In this document: piece by piece, positions 45,053 through 55,017 of the stretch
Layout: every line of letters begins with the position of its first letter
Position numbering within the stretch: the stretch's first letter is position 1
Source of the DNA: Phototrophicaceae bacterium
Lineage (GTDB): Bacteria > Chloroflexota > Anaerolineae > Aggregatilineales > Phototrophicaceae
Assembly: GCA_965232245.1 (NCBI GenBank)
Contig: CBDDPG010000001.1
Coordinates: 50,635 to 114,634 of the forward strand
Length of the DNA: 64,000 nt
Direction: 5' to 3'
Position numbers and translations under genes: made by a program
Notes under the pieces: generated by a model
Seen by the model: the letters and a program-made list of their open reading frames with translations, nothing else
Told to the model about the DNA's origin: nothing
Databases searched by the model: none

Positions 45053-45985
45053 TCACTCAAAACGAATGCGCGGATCCACATAAACGAGCAGCAGATCTGT
45101 GAGCAGGTTGACCAAAACAACGGAAGTGGCGATGAGCAAGCCAGCCCCCTGTATGACCGGAAAGTCGCGCCCGTTGACGCCATCAATCAAGTACAAGCCG
45201 ACGCCGGGCCAGGCGAATACGGTCTCGACAATGACAGAACCAGCCAGAATGAAAGCCAGATTGATGCCCAGCACGTTCACCACTGGCAAAAGCCCGTTGC
45301 GCAAGGCGTGCTTGATCATGACATTGCGCTCGGAAAGTCCCTTCGCCCGCGCCGTGCGCACATAGTCGTTGTTGATGACCTCAAGCATGCTCGAACGGAC
45401 GTAACGCGCGAGGTAGCCGGCGCTGGTATAACCCAGAACGATGGTGGGCAAGATCATGTGCTTCGCCCCGCCCAGCCCGGATGGCGGCAATATCGGAATG
45501 TACAAAGCAAAAATGAGAATCAGCACAAGCGCGAACCAAAAATTGGGCATCGAGACGCCGACCAAAGCAATGACCATCAAGATGTTGTCCACCCAGGATC
45601 CGCGCTTGATGGCCGCCAGCACGCCGATCGAGATGCCCAGGACCGCGGAAAGCAGGGAAGCCGCCACCCCCAAGCGCACGGTATTGGGCACCCGGCGCGC
45701 CAAATCGTCTGTCACCGGGCGCAGCGTGCGCAAGGACGCGCCAAAATCGAATTGCAGCGTATTGCGCATGTAACGCAAATACTGAATTGGCAGGGGATCG
45801 TTAAAGCCGTATTTCTCGTTGATCTTCGCCAGGTATTCTTGCGCCTCTTCGCCCTGGAAATCCGGCGGCACAAACATCAAAGCCGGATCGCCCGGCGCCA
45901 GTTGCATGGCAAACCAAAGCGCCGTGATCGCGCCAAATATGGTAGGTATCGCAAGCAATAGCCGCTTTACGATGTACTTGCGCAT
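45053..45985 (-). CDS. ABC transporter permease (DppB/OppB-like)
   Basis: ATG at 45985 gives the canonical MRKYIVKRLLL N-terminus; the ORF track extends to 46036. Confidence 0.9.
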   Translation of the reverse strand: MRKYIVKRLLLAIPTIFGAITALWFAMQLAPGDPALMFVPPDFQGEEAQEYLAKINEKYGFNDPLPIQYLRYMRNTLQFDFGASLRTLRPVTDDLARRVPNTVRLGVAASLLSAVLGISIGVLAAIKRGSWVDNILMVIALVGVSMPNFWFALVLILIFALYIPILPPSGLGGAKHMILPTIVLGYTSAGYLARYVRSSMLEVINNDYVRTARAKGLSERNVMIKHALRNGLLPVVNVLGINLAFILAGSVIVETVFAWPGVGLYLIDGVNGRDFPVIQGAGLLIATSVVLVNLLTDLLLVYVDPRIRFE

Positions 45986-46089
45986 GAAGGCAAACTCCAA
46001 TCCCCCCAGCCCCTTTACCCAAGAGCGGGTGGACATCTATTCATAAGGCAAGCAATCGCCGCAAACCCCATACATATTGTGGCGATTTT

Positions 46090-46162
46090 GGGCGACTCGC
46101 AGAGTCGCCCCTACAGTTTTCGCTATGAAGAATACCTGTAGGGGTCAGCCTGTGGCTGACCC
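46090..46162. repeat. Pair of GTAGGGG-type hairpins in inverted arrangement
   Basis: GGGCGACTC-GCA-GAGTCGCCCCTACAG (46090-46116) and CCTGTAGGGGTCAGCC-TGT-GGCTGACCC (46135-46162), between the binding-protein and permease genes. Confidence 0.55.
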
Positions 46163-46179
46163 GCTATATTACAGTTCGC

Positions 46180-47835
46180 CTATTCGCTGAGCCAAGCCTT
46201 GTGGAACAACGGGATGCGACCGCCCAGCTCGAATTCGATGCCTTCCACATTGGGGCTGACAACATTGATCCAGGGCGAGTGCCAGCCCCAAATCGTCAGT
46301 TGCTGCTCCAGGAAGATGCGCTGCGCCGCGTGCGAAAGCCGTTTGCGCTCTTCCAGGTCGGTGGTGGCTGAAAAGTCGTCAGCGAGGGCTTGCAGCTCCG
46401 CCGCTACCTCGATCAGATAGGGCTCTACCGCATCGTCAATCTGGTAAATGGTCCAGAAGGAATCCGGCGCCCAAGAGGCTTCAATCGCCGATGTAACGGC
46501 GAAGAAGGACCCCTGCGAGTGGTGCCCGAAGGTCCAGTTGCCTTGGTTCTCTCGCCATTCGTCGAGCATGGCGTTCCATTCCGCCGTTTTGATGGGCGCG
46601 TCGATGCCGATGTCCGTCAGGTACTCCTGATAGATCTCGTTGAACAAGCCCCAAAGCGCGAAGTCGGCGGAAATCATGTTGACGACCAGCTTCTCGCGGC
46701 CGTCGACGCATTCCTTGCCTGCGGGCGGGTTTTCTTCGTTCATGTCGCATTCGCGATAGCGGAAGCCATCATCCGCCATCAGCCAGCCCGCTTCGTCCAG
46801 TAGCTGTCCCGCCATTTCCGGATCGTAAGGCGCGATCTCCGGCAGGTCATCGGTCCAATAGGGCGAATTGGGCGATACGCCCCCGCGCGAGCGCACGGGC
46901 AAGCCGAAGAGAATCTCTTCCATGATGGCGTCGAAATCGACCGCGTAAGCCAGGGACTTGCGCAGCGACAGCTCCGTCATCGGATAGCGCGATGTGTTCA
47001 GGCTGATCATGGTTACGCCAGGACCCAGCGGCGCGTTCACGACGAGATCGCTGTCATTCTGCAGGCGCACGGCGTCTTCCGGCTCGATGCCGTCGACATA
47101 ATGCACGTTGCCCGATTCAATCTCGATCAAGCGCACTTGCGTATCGCCATGAATGCGAATCGTGAGGCCATCGAGCAGCGGCGCGCCCTGCCAGTAATTC
47201 GGGTTCTTCACATAGCGAATCTCGCTTTGCGGTTCGTGCGCCTCGAACATGAAAGCGCCGGTGCCGACGGGGTTCTCGTGGAAGGTCGAGCCGTCCTCGC
47301 CCCAGGCTGTCGGGCTGATCTGATAGGAATCCGTGCCTACCGCCACATCATAGATGAAGTCGCCATTGGCTTCGCCAATCTTGATCCAGGCGGTATGCTC
47401 ATCCAGCGCTTCCATCTCGACCACGCGGCTCATCCGCACGTGCCCGCGCGCGTCTTCATCGTCGATTTGGCGCTGGATATTGAAGATCACCGCATCGGCG
47501 TTCCAGGGCGTGCCATCGTGGAAGGTCACGCCTTCGCGCAGGTGGAAGGTGTATTCCAGCCCGTCTTCGGAAATCTCCCAGTCCGTCGCCAAGAAGGGCA
47601 GCAGGTTGTCATTGTCGTCCACCGTCAGCAAGGTGTCATAAAGGGGCCGCACATCGCGGATGCTGGGCCAGGTCGTGCGCGTCTGGTCCCAGGAAATCAC
47701 ATCGGCGGATTGCATCATGATCAGCGTGCCGCCTTCATTCGCCTCCTGTGTATGGGCTGGCAGCGCCAGGGCCAAGAAAACCACCAGAAGGATTGCTATC
47801 GTCAGAATTCGTTTCGACATTTTTTCACTCCTCAA
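46180..47835 (-). CDS. ABC transporter substrate-binding protein, family 5
   Basis: 551 aa; signal-like N-terminus, family 5 pattern. Confidence 0.9.
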   Translation of the reverse strand: MRSEKMSKRILTIAILLVVFLALALPAHTQEANEGGTLIMMQSADVISWDQTRTTWPSIRDVRPLYDTLLTVDDNDNLLPFLATDWEISEDGLEYTFHLREGVTFHDGTPWNADAVIFNIQRQIDDEDARGHVRMSRVVEMEALDEHTAWIKIGEANGDFIYDVAVGTDSYQISPTAWGEDGSTFHENPVGTGAFMFEAHEPQSEIRYVKNPNYWQGAPLLDGLTIRIHGDTQVRLIEIESGNVHYVDGIEPEDAVRLQNDSDLVVNAPLGPGVTMISLNTSRYPMTELSLRKSLAYAVDFDAIMEEILFGLPVRSRGGVSPNSPYWTDDLPEIAPYDPEMAGQLLDEAGWLMADDGFRYRECDMNEENPPAGKECVDGREKLVVNMISADFALWGLFNEIYQEYLTDIGIDAPIKTAEWNAMLDEWRENQGNWTFGHHSQGSFFAVTSAIEASWAPDSFWTIYQIDDAVEPYLIEVAAELQALADDFSATTDLEERKRLSHAAQRIFLEQQLTIWGWHSPWINVVSPNVEGIEFELGGRIPLFHKAWLSE

Positions 47836-48094
47836 TGCTAAATTGCGCTAATCTGTCTTTCTTATGTTGGACGCAAATACCATGGCGCCTCCTTCTCCAC
47901 CGAACTATGCGACGCGCGCGGACGCGGTCTCTCGCACAGTAACAATGCGCTTGCCCGCATGGGTGCTGCATGGGTGCTACATTGATGAGCCAGCCTGCAA
48001 GATCACTATTTGAGAATAGCAAATCAAGGTGTCATGCGCAAGAAACTGCTATTTTCGCCGGGGGCAGTCACATTAGAATGGCTTCACCACAAAG

Positions 48095-48400
48095 ACACAA
48101 AGGTCACGAAGTTACTTTCTTAAAGCTCCGAGCCTCTATTTTGTGAACCCGTAGGAGCCGCCCAACTTGAAATGAATCCTGATGATTGGGCGACTCAGCG
48201 GACTCTGTTGAGAAACAGCTTCCATCACCCGGTCCTTGCCAAAAATGAGGCAATGGGAGTCTTATGACCTGTAGTGAGCCCTTAAGCCCCTCCCTCTTTA
48301 TGGGGGGAGGGGCGTTGGGGTGGGGGTAAATTGAGTATTTCAACAGAGTCCGCCGAGCCGCCCCTACCGGTTCTATTTTTGTTGGACTTACTTCATGTAG
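48095..48400. repeat. Composite of nested repeat elements (MITE-like)
   Basis: 23-bp inverted arms GGGCGACTCAGCGGACTCTGTTG (48188-48210) and CAACAGAGTCCGCCGAGCCGCCC (48341-48363), 21/23 complementary, enclosing hairpin GCCCCTCCCTCTTTATGGGGGGAGGGGC (48286-48313) plus tail GTTGGGGTGGGGGTAAA; CACAAAGACACAAAGGTCACGAAG motif at about 48100. Confidence 0.45.
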
Positions 48401-48450
48401 TGAAAATTTGAGGCGATTGGCTTGTAACGCGCGCGCGTCTCTCGCTCAGT

Positions 48451-51087
48451 CTAGGCAGACGCGCGCGCGGATTTCACCGCAACGTAGGTGAATACCAGCA
48501 AGCTGCCGAAATAGATCAAGACGCCGATCCAGGTCAAGGTTGCGCCATTGCCGGCGAACATCATGATGGCAGAAATCAATGTCAGCGCGCCGATGAGCAT
48601 GATCAGCGGTTGGCTGACCGATGATTTGAGCTTGCCGTCCGTTCCCGGCTCGCTTTCCACGATATAGCCCTGCTCTTCCAGGCGTTCGCGCGATTCCGGA
48701 TCCACCGCCGCATAACCGCCGCGCACATAGTTGAAGGCTTGCTGCAAGCCAAATTGCAACGGGTTTTTTTCCGGATGCAGCAGCAGGACCGGCGCCCCCG
48801 TCCGTTCCGCGATGCGCATGGACGTATTGCCGAAGAGCCGCTGCTTCACCCGCGTATCGCGGGTCTCGCCCAGCGCCACATAATCATAGTCGCGCGCGGC
48901 TCGCACGATGGCGTCAATGCGATCGGAACTGACATCGGTGAGCAGATTGACCTGCCTGTCCGCAACTTTCATCGCCTCAATCTGGCGCTGCAAGGCGCGG
49001 GTAAAACGCTCCCGTTCCGCCGCTGGCGTATCCGTGGAAAAGATGTGCATCATATCCAAAACCATGTCCGGCGTGCTGGCGAACAACTGAATCAGTTGCA
49101 GCGCATAGCCCACCTGCCGCGGATCCGCAATCGGCATCAATATGCGCTTGACACCGCGCGTATTGCCGGGCTGCAGCATCATCACATCGCAATTGATCTC
49201 GGCTAGCACCTGGTCGATATTGGAACCGAGCTCCGTCATGCCGTCATTGTCCCGGACGCCTTGCCAGCCAATCACGACCAAATCCGCGCGCTGCTCATGC
49301 GCTGTATCAATAATCGCCGGCGCGACGCGGCGCGCGACGCGCGCGATATATTCCACCGCCACATCTTCGTCGCGGACCATCGCAATGGCTTTCTCGCGCA
49401 GGGAATCGCTGGCTTCCAAATAATGATAGCCCGAGGACAAGGGCGTCGGCGAAGGTACCGTGACGATGTGCAAGAGCGTTACCTTGCCGTCATTCTGCTC
49501 GGCGGCGTGAATCGCCGGCGGCAGCAAGGTCGATAGCGTTTCAGGATTGGCAACGGGAACCAAAACGCGATAGGGGACATCGGCCGTCGGCCGCATCAAT
49601 TCCGTTTGCTGCAATACGGCTGTCCGTTGCGCGCGTTCTTGGCGGGGCCGGGCATAGAAGTAATAGATGAGGAAGCCCGCGCCGATCCAAACCGCGGCGT
49701 AGACCCAGGCGATTAGCGATACACCGAAGAGCGACAGCACCAGCAAGAATTGCATGCCGATGGCGATCATGGGCAAGATGGGGAAAAATGGCAGCAGGAA
49801 ACCGTATTTCAAGTTCTTGCCGTATTTGCTGCGTATCGTGATCACAGCCAGGTTGACCTGCAAGAAGAGCAAGATGAACATGATATCGGCCGAAGCCGCG
49901 ACGTCTTCGATCGGCAGCGTCAGCGCCACAAACAAAATCAGCACGCCCGACCAGCCCAAGGCGATATTGGGCGTGCGCGTCTTGGAACTGACATTGGAGA
50001 AGCTGTCGGGCAAGGCGCGGTCGCGCCCCATGGCGAAGGAAACGCGCGTCGAAGAAAAGGTCGTGGCGTTAAGCGCGCTCATCGTCGAAAGCAAAGCGCC
50101 CAGCATGATCAGAAAGGTGCCAAAAGGCATGAACTGCGCGGCGGCGCGGGCGATGCCAATTTCGCCCAATTCGCCCAGCCATTCGTGAATGAGCCGGCCT
50201 TCCGGCGGATCCACCGCGCCAATGATGACAAAAGCCACCAGCATATATATCGGCACGACGATGGCCAGTGACAGGAATACGGCGCGCGGGATATTCTTGC
50301 GCGGATTGCGGACCTCTTCGCCGGCCTGCACGATAATCTCGTAGCCTTCAAAGGCGATGAAGGTCAAACCCATCGCGCTGACAATGCCAATGACGCCCTG
50401 CATGCCCTCGCCCGGGGCAAAAGGATTGAAGGCTTCGAAGCGGATCGGATCGCCAAAAATGACGAACAAGCCGCTCACGATGAAGATCATGATGATGACT
50501 ACTTTCAAGACCGTTACGATGTTGCCAACCGCGCCCGTCTCGGAAGTGCCTCGGTAATTGATGTACAAAAAGAGCAGGATGATCAATACGGCGAAGCCCT
50601 TTTGCACCAGCTCGGCTTCGGTCAATTCCAGACCGAATGGCAGGTGCAAGGGACCGGATAGAAAGACGCCCACCCCCTCCGCATGGTGCGCCTCCGGATC
50701 CAGCAAGAGAATGCGCATCAGCTCGTAAATGAACCCGCCAAAGCCAACGCCGTAGAGACTGCCGGCCACCGCATGCGCGAACCAGCTCATCCAGCCGGCC
50801 AGGAATCCATTGGGACCAGGCAAGCCTTCTTTGACCCACAAATAACCGCCGCCCGCTTCCGGTATCGCCGATCCCAATTCGGCATAGACCATGGCTGTCA
50901 AAACGGTGATGACGCCGTTCAAGGCGAAAGCCAGAATAAGCGCGGGACCAGCCGTGCCCGCGGCGATGCCCGTCAAAACAAAGATGCCGGCGCCAATCAT
51001 CGCGCCGACACCGATCATCGTTATGTCAAATAACCCCAGGTTGCGTACCAACCCCACATCATGAGACGATCCTTCGTTGGCTGCCAT
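48451..51087 (-). CDS. APC-family amino acid permease fused to two universal stress protein (USP) domains
   Basis: 878 aa; N-terminal LGLFDITMIGVGAMIGAGIFVLTG and about 12+ TM segments; two USP-like modules (YRVLVPVANPE...; KRILMPIADP...GAPVLLLH); two further hydrophobic helices at the extreme C-terminus. Confidence 0.85.
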   Translation of the reverse strand: MAANEGSSHDVGLVRNLGLFDITMIGVGAMIGAGIFVLTGIAAGTAGPALILAFALNGVITVLTAMVYAELGSAIPEAGGGYLWVKEGLPGPNGFLAGWMSWFAHAVAGSLYGVGFGGFIYELMRILLLDPEAHHAEGVGVFLSGPLHLPFGLELTEAELVQKGFAVLIILLFLYINYRGTSETGAVGNIVTVLKVVIIMIFIVSGLFVIFGDPIRFEAFNPFAPGEGMQGVIGIVSAMGLTFIAFEGYEIIVQAGEEVRNPRKNIPRAVFLSLAIVVPIYMLVAFVIIGAVDPPEGRLIHEWLGELGEIGIARAAAQFMPFGTFLIMLGALLSTMSALNATTFSSTRVSFAMGRDRALPDSFSNVSSKTRTPNIALGWSGVLILFVALTLPIEDVAASADIMFILLFLQVNLAVITIRSKYGKNLKYGFLLPFFPILPMIAIGMQFLLVLSLFGVSLIAWVYAAVWIGAGFLIYYFYARPRQERAQRTAVLQQTELMRPTADVPYRVLVPVANPETLSTLLPPAIHAAEQNDGKVTLLHIVTVPSPTPLSSGYHYLEASDSLREKAIAMVRDEDVAVEYIARVARRVAPAIIDTAHEQRADLVVIGWQGVRDNDGMTELGSNIDQVLAEINCDVMMLQPGNTRGVKRILMPIADPRQVGYALQLIQLFASTPDMVLDMMHIFSTDTPAAERERFTRALQRQIEAMKVADRQVNLLTDVSSDRIDAIVRAARDYDYVALGETRDTRVKQRLFGNTSMRIAERTGAPVLLLHPEKNPLQFGLQQAFNYVRGGYAAVDPESRERLEEQGYIVESEPGTDGKLKSSVSQPLIMLIGALTLISAIMMFAGNGATLTWIGVLIYFGSLLVFTYVAVKSARASA

Positions 51088-51299
51088 ATTTCTCTATCCT
51101 CATCAATTTCAATGCGCCGCGCGAAACCGCCGCGAAATGCCGACGCGGACCCGAAACATAAGGGCGCTAATCTTCACTTTATATCAAAGCGCCGTCCTTT
51201 GACAAGTTCATGGGCAATTTAGGGCGCATTTCAGATTATTGGCGCATCAAGCTCTGTTTCGCAATAAGCGAAACTCGGCAGGGGCGAGCCTCGCAAAGA

Positions 51300-52799
51300 T
51301 TAAATGGAGGCTAACTTGTAGGCCGCGTCATTCCAGCGCAATTCGTTCTTGAAGCGACGCAGGTCGGTTGACTTGTCGATCTGCACGTATTCCACGCCAG
51401 CCATCTCGCTGAAGTCATAAATATGCTCGGCGCTCAAAGCCTGGCTGAAAACCGTATGATGCGCGCCGCCGGCGTAGAGCCAAGCGGCCGCGCCGACTTG
51501 CAGGTTGGGATGCGGCCTCCACAAAGCCCGGGCCACCGGCAATTTGGGCAGTTCGGCTTCTGGCTCGATCACGTCCACGGTGTTGACGATCATGCGGAAA
51601 CGATCGCCCAGGTCAATCAGCGAGGCGTTCAAGGCGCTGCCGGCCGCCGTGTTGAAAACAAGCCGCGCCGGGTCGGCTTTGCCGCCGATGCCCAGCGGAT
51701 GCACTTCGAGGTTGGGCTGCGCAGCCGCGATCGTCGGGCAAATTTCCAGCATGTGCGCGCCCAGCACCGCCGTATTGTCCGGATGGAAATGATAGGTGTA
51801 GTCCTCCATGAACGAGGCGCCGCCATCAAGCCCTTCCCCCATCACTTTCAGGGAGCGCAGCAGCGCTGCTGTTTTCCAGTCGCCCTCGGCGCCAAAACCA
51901 TATCCCGCCTCCATCAAGCGCTGCACAGCCAAGCCCGGCAATTGCGCCAAGCCGTGCAAATCCTCAAATGTCGTCGTGAAGGCAGTGAAGCCGCCATCCT
52001 GCAAGAACTGCGTCAAACCGAGCTCAATGCGCGCCGCTTCCCGTATCGACTCGTGACGATCGCCGCCCTTGCGCAGATCGCCGCTCATGCGGTATGCCAT
52101 TTCGTATTCCGCGACCAGCGCGTCAATTTCCCCATCGCTCACTTGATTGACCACAGCGGCAAGGTCGCCCACGCCGTAGCCATTCACCTGATATCCGAAT
52201 TGCGCCTGCGCCGCGACCTTGTCCCCTTCGGTCACCGCCACCGCGCGCATATTGTCGCCGATGCGCGCCACTTTCAGCGCGCGCGTTTCCTGCCAGGCGC
52301 GGACCGCGCGCGCCCAGACGCCGATTTGCCCCTGCACGGCTTCATCGCGCCAATGCCCGACGAGCACTTTGCGCCGCAGCCGCAGCCGGCTCATGATATG
52401 GCCGAACTCGCGATCGCCATGCGCCGCCTGATTGAGATTCATGAAGTCCATATCAATGTCGGACCAGGGGATATCGCGGTTGTACTGCGTGTGCAAGTGC
52501 AGCAGCGGTTTATCCAGCGCCGTCAAGCCGGCAATCCAGTTTTTCGCCGGCGAAAAAGTGTGCATCCAGGCGATGAGGCCGACGCAATTCGGGTCATTGT
52601 TGGCTGCCCTGCAAATGCCGTAGATCTCGTCCGCCGTGGTCAACACCGGTTTATAGACGATCTCGACAGGAATGGCGGCGACGGAATTGAGAAAATCCGC
52701 AATTTCCCGCGAATGCCGCCCGACCTGCTCAATCGCTTCCGGTCCGTATAGATGCTGGCTGCCGGTTAAGAACCAAATTTGATTAACTTTTAGCGCCAT
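51300..52799 (-). CDS. araA: L-arabinose isomerase
   Basis: 499 aa; [19 protein letters not shown] start and full-length resemblance to AraA. Confidence 0.95.
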   Translation of the reverse strand: MALKVNQIWFLTGSQHLYGPEAIEQVGRHSREIADFLNSVAAIPVEIVYKPVLTTADEIYGICRAANNDPNCVGLIAWMHTFSPAKNWIAGLTALDKPLLHLHTQYNRDIPWSDIDMDFMNLNQAAHGDREFGHIMSRLRLRRKVLVGHWRDEAVQGQIGVWARAVRAWQETRALKVARIGDNMRAVAVTEGDKVAAQAQFGYQVNGYGVGDLAAVVNQVSDGEIDALVAEYEMAYRMSGDLRKGGDRHESIREAARIELGLTQFLQDGGFTAFTTTFEDLHGLAQLPGLAVQRLMEAGYGFGAEGDWKTAALLRSLKVMGEGLDGGASFMEDYTYHFHPDNTAVLGAHMLEICPTIAAAQPNLEVHPLGIGGKADPARLVFNTAAGSALNASLIDLGDRFRMIVNTVDVIEPEAELPKLPVARALWRPHPNLQVGAAAWLYAGGAHHTVFSQALSAEHIYDFSEMAGVEYVQIDKSTDLRRFKNELRWNDAAYKLASI

Positions 52800-52854
52800 G
52801 TCTCACTCCTTGCCAAGCAAGTCAATTACTTCGCGCCGTTGCGCTTGATGCGAA

Positions 52855-53523
52855 TCAACGCTGTCCATAGACATTCTGATAGCGGTCGTGCAGGCGATCA
52901 ATATCGTCTGGCGGAATCGTGATGATCTCGCCCAGTTGACGCGCCGTCCACACAATCGCGGCATTGTCCTCGGTCATCACCGCCGCCTTGACGGCTGCTG
53001 CGGCGCTGTCGCCAATCGTGAAGACGCCGTGATTGCGCAGCAGCGCCGCCGGGCTGCGATGCCCGGTCAATTTGTCAACCACCAGCTTGCCTATTTGCTC
53101 GCCGCCGATCAGGCAAAAACCACAACAGGGGATCTCGCCGCCGAATTCGTCCGCCATCGCCGTCGTCACGCAGGGGATCGGCTCGCCCACCACCGAAAAA
53201 GCCGTCGCATAGCGCGAATGCGTATGCGCCACGCCATGAACCGCCGGCATGTGCCGATAAATGTAGCAATGAGACGCCGTGTCCGACGATGGGCTGAGAT
53301 CGCCCTGAACCACGCGCCCTTCCAAGTCCGTGACCACCATGTTTTCCGGCGTCAAATCCTGGAAGAGCAGTCCGCTCGGCTTGATTACCACCAGGTCGCT
53401 GTCGGGGTCGCGCGCGCTGATATTGCCGCTCGTCCAAGCGACCAGATTGTTCTTTGGCAATTCGGCATGCAGCTGGCAAAGCTCGTTTCGCAGGTCTGGC
53501 AATAGCATAGCTACATCACTCAA
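52855..53523 (-). CDS. araD: L-ribulose-5-phosphate 4-epimerase (class II aldolase fold)
   Basis: 222 aa; VVIKPSG, PSSDTASH, HTHSRYAT collinear with E. coli AraD. Confidence 0.9.
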   Translation of the reverse strand: MSDVAMLLPDLRNELCQLHAELPKNNLVAWTSGNISARDPDSDLVVIKPSGLLFQDLTPENMVVTDLEGRVVQGDLSPSSDTASHCYIYRHMPAVHGVAHTHSRYATAFSVVGEPIPCVTTAMADEFGGEIPCCGFCLIGGEQIGKLVVDKLTGHRSPAALLRNHGVFTIGDSAAAAVKAAVMTEDNAAIVWTARQLGEIITIPPDDIDRLHDRYQNVYGQR

Positions 53524-53963
53524 CCGTCCGCGCCGACGGTCTTCGCCTTGAGGTCCTCAGCAAACAGGCGACCGACAAGCTTGTTCGCGATTGGGATCGC
53601 CCGTTCTTGACCGCGCAGCGCCATCAGCAGGCTGATAAGCCAATTGATCGCCAGAAAGATCAACATCGCCACAACCAGCGAAAACAGCGATATGGAGACA
53701 ATCGGACCCATGAGGGGAATCAGACCGATTGCGTAAGCACCCACCGCCCAAACCAGAAAACTCAGTATCAATGTCAAAACAGCCGCGATGCTCTGCCGCG
53801 CGTGATTCCGCGTCAGCGGATTGCGCCCGTCCAGCGCCAGCCCAATCAAGCCCCCCAAGACGGGAACGATGTAGGCTAATACAGCGAAAAAGCGCCCGCG
53901 GGCTGCCGCAATACTTTCTTGCCCCTCTTGATGGATTGGGGAGGCTTTAGGGGAGCTGGACAT
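53520..53963 (-). CDS. Small integral membrane protein (DUF4870-like impression)
   Basis: ATG at 53963 (MSSSPKASP...) in frame with ORF 53520..54128; about 4 TM segments; stop overlaps the araD start (ATGA) and its start overlaps the end of the ATPase gene. Confidence 0.6.
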   Translation of the reverse strand: MSSSPKASPIHQEGQESIAAARGRFFAVLAYIVPVLGGLIGLALDGRNPLTRNHARQSIAAVLTLILSFLVWAVGAYAIGLIPLMGPIVSISLFSLVVAMLIFLAINWLISLLMALRGQERAIPIANKLVGRLFAEDLKAKTVGADG

Positions 53964-55017
53964 TTGCGACTCCTTGCAATTCCAATTCCTCGGCGAAGTG
54001 GCAGCGCGCGCTGTGGCCGGGCGCAATCTCCAGCAGCGGCGGAATCTCCCGCGTGCAGATGTCTTGCGCGTAGCGGCAGCGCGGATGGAAGACGCAGCCG
54101 GAGGGGGGATTGGCCGGGCTGGGCACATCGCCCTCCAGGATGACGCGCTCCATTTTGATCAGCGGATCGGCCGGCGGCACAGCCGAAACCAGCGCTTCCG
54201 TGTAGGGATGCTTGGGGTTGCGCAGCAACTCATCCGTCGGCGCTACCTCGACGAGATTGCCCACATACATCACGGCGATCCGGTCGCAGATATGCTCAAC
54301 CACCGACAAATCGTGCGAGATGAAAATGAAGGTCAGCCGGTAATCGTCTTTGAGGTTCTGCAAAAGGTTCAGCACCTGCGCCTGCACCGACACGTCCAGC
54401 GCCGAGACCGGCTCGTCAGCCACAATCAGGCGCGGGTTCAGCGCCAGCGTGCGCGCGACGCCGATCCTTTGCCGCTGGCCACCGGAGAATTCGTGCGGGT
54501 AGCGCCCCATATAAGCCGGCTTCAAACCGACCGCGTTCATGAGCTGCGCCACGCGGGCCGTGATCTCGTCGCCGGAGGCAAGTCCATGAATCACCAGGGG
54601 CTCGGCGATCAAATCCCGCACGGTCAAGCGTGGGTTCAAGGAACTGAAGGGGTCTTGAAAGATCATGCGCATTTCCTTGCGCAGGTCTTTCATCTCTTTG
54701 CGGTTGAGCTTGGCGACATCGACCCAATCGCCATCGCGCTTGTGGAACAGCACCTCGCCATCGGTCGGGTCATACAAGCGCAGCAAGGCGCGCCCAACGG
54801 TCGTCTTGCCGCAGCCGCTTTCGCCAACCAGCCCCATCACTTCCTGTTCGCGCAGCTCGAAGGAAACGCCGTCAACGGCTTTGATGGTGCCCACCTGCCG
54901 CTGCAGCATGCCCTGCCGCAGCGGGAAGTGCATTTTGAGGTCCTTGACCTTGAGGATGATATCGCGCTCGCTGTTTTCGGCTTCTATGTCTGACATGCCA
55001 TGCGCCATTCCAATCAC
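53947..55017 (-). CDS. ABC transporter ATP-binding protein (OppF/DppF-like)
   Basis: 356 aa; Walker [10 protein letters not shown], signature FSGGQRQR, Walker B LIVADEP, C-terminal oligopeptide-type extension with Cys cluster. Confidence 0.9.
   Translation of the reverse strand: MIGMAHGMSDIEAENSERDIILKVKDLKMHFPLRQGMLQRQVGTIKAVDGVSFELREQEVMGLVGESGCGKTTVGRALLRLYDPTDGEVLFHKRDGDWVDVAKLNRKEMKDLRKEMRMIFQDPFSSLNPRLTVRDLIAEPLVIHGLASGDEITARVAQLMNAVGLKPAYMGRYPHEFSGGQRQRIGVARTLALNPRLIVADEPVSALDVSVQAQVLNLLQNLKDDYRLTFIFISHDLSVVEHICDRIAVMYVGNLVEVAPTDELLRNPKHPYTEALVSAVPPADPLIKMERVILEGDVPSPANPPSGCVFHPRCRYAQDICTREIPPLLEIAPGHSARCHFAEELELQGVANVQLP

Noticed and set aside
53964-54128. N-terminal extension of ORF 53520..54128
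   Set aside because: It overlaps the C-terminus of the OppF-like ATPase in another frame and is Arg/Ala/Pro-rich. The ATG at 53963 gives a sensible membrane protein.
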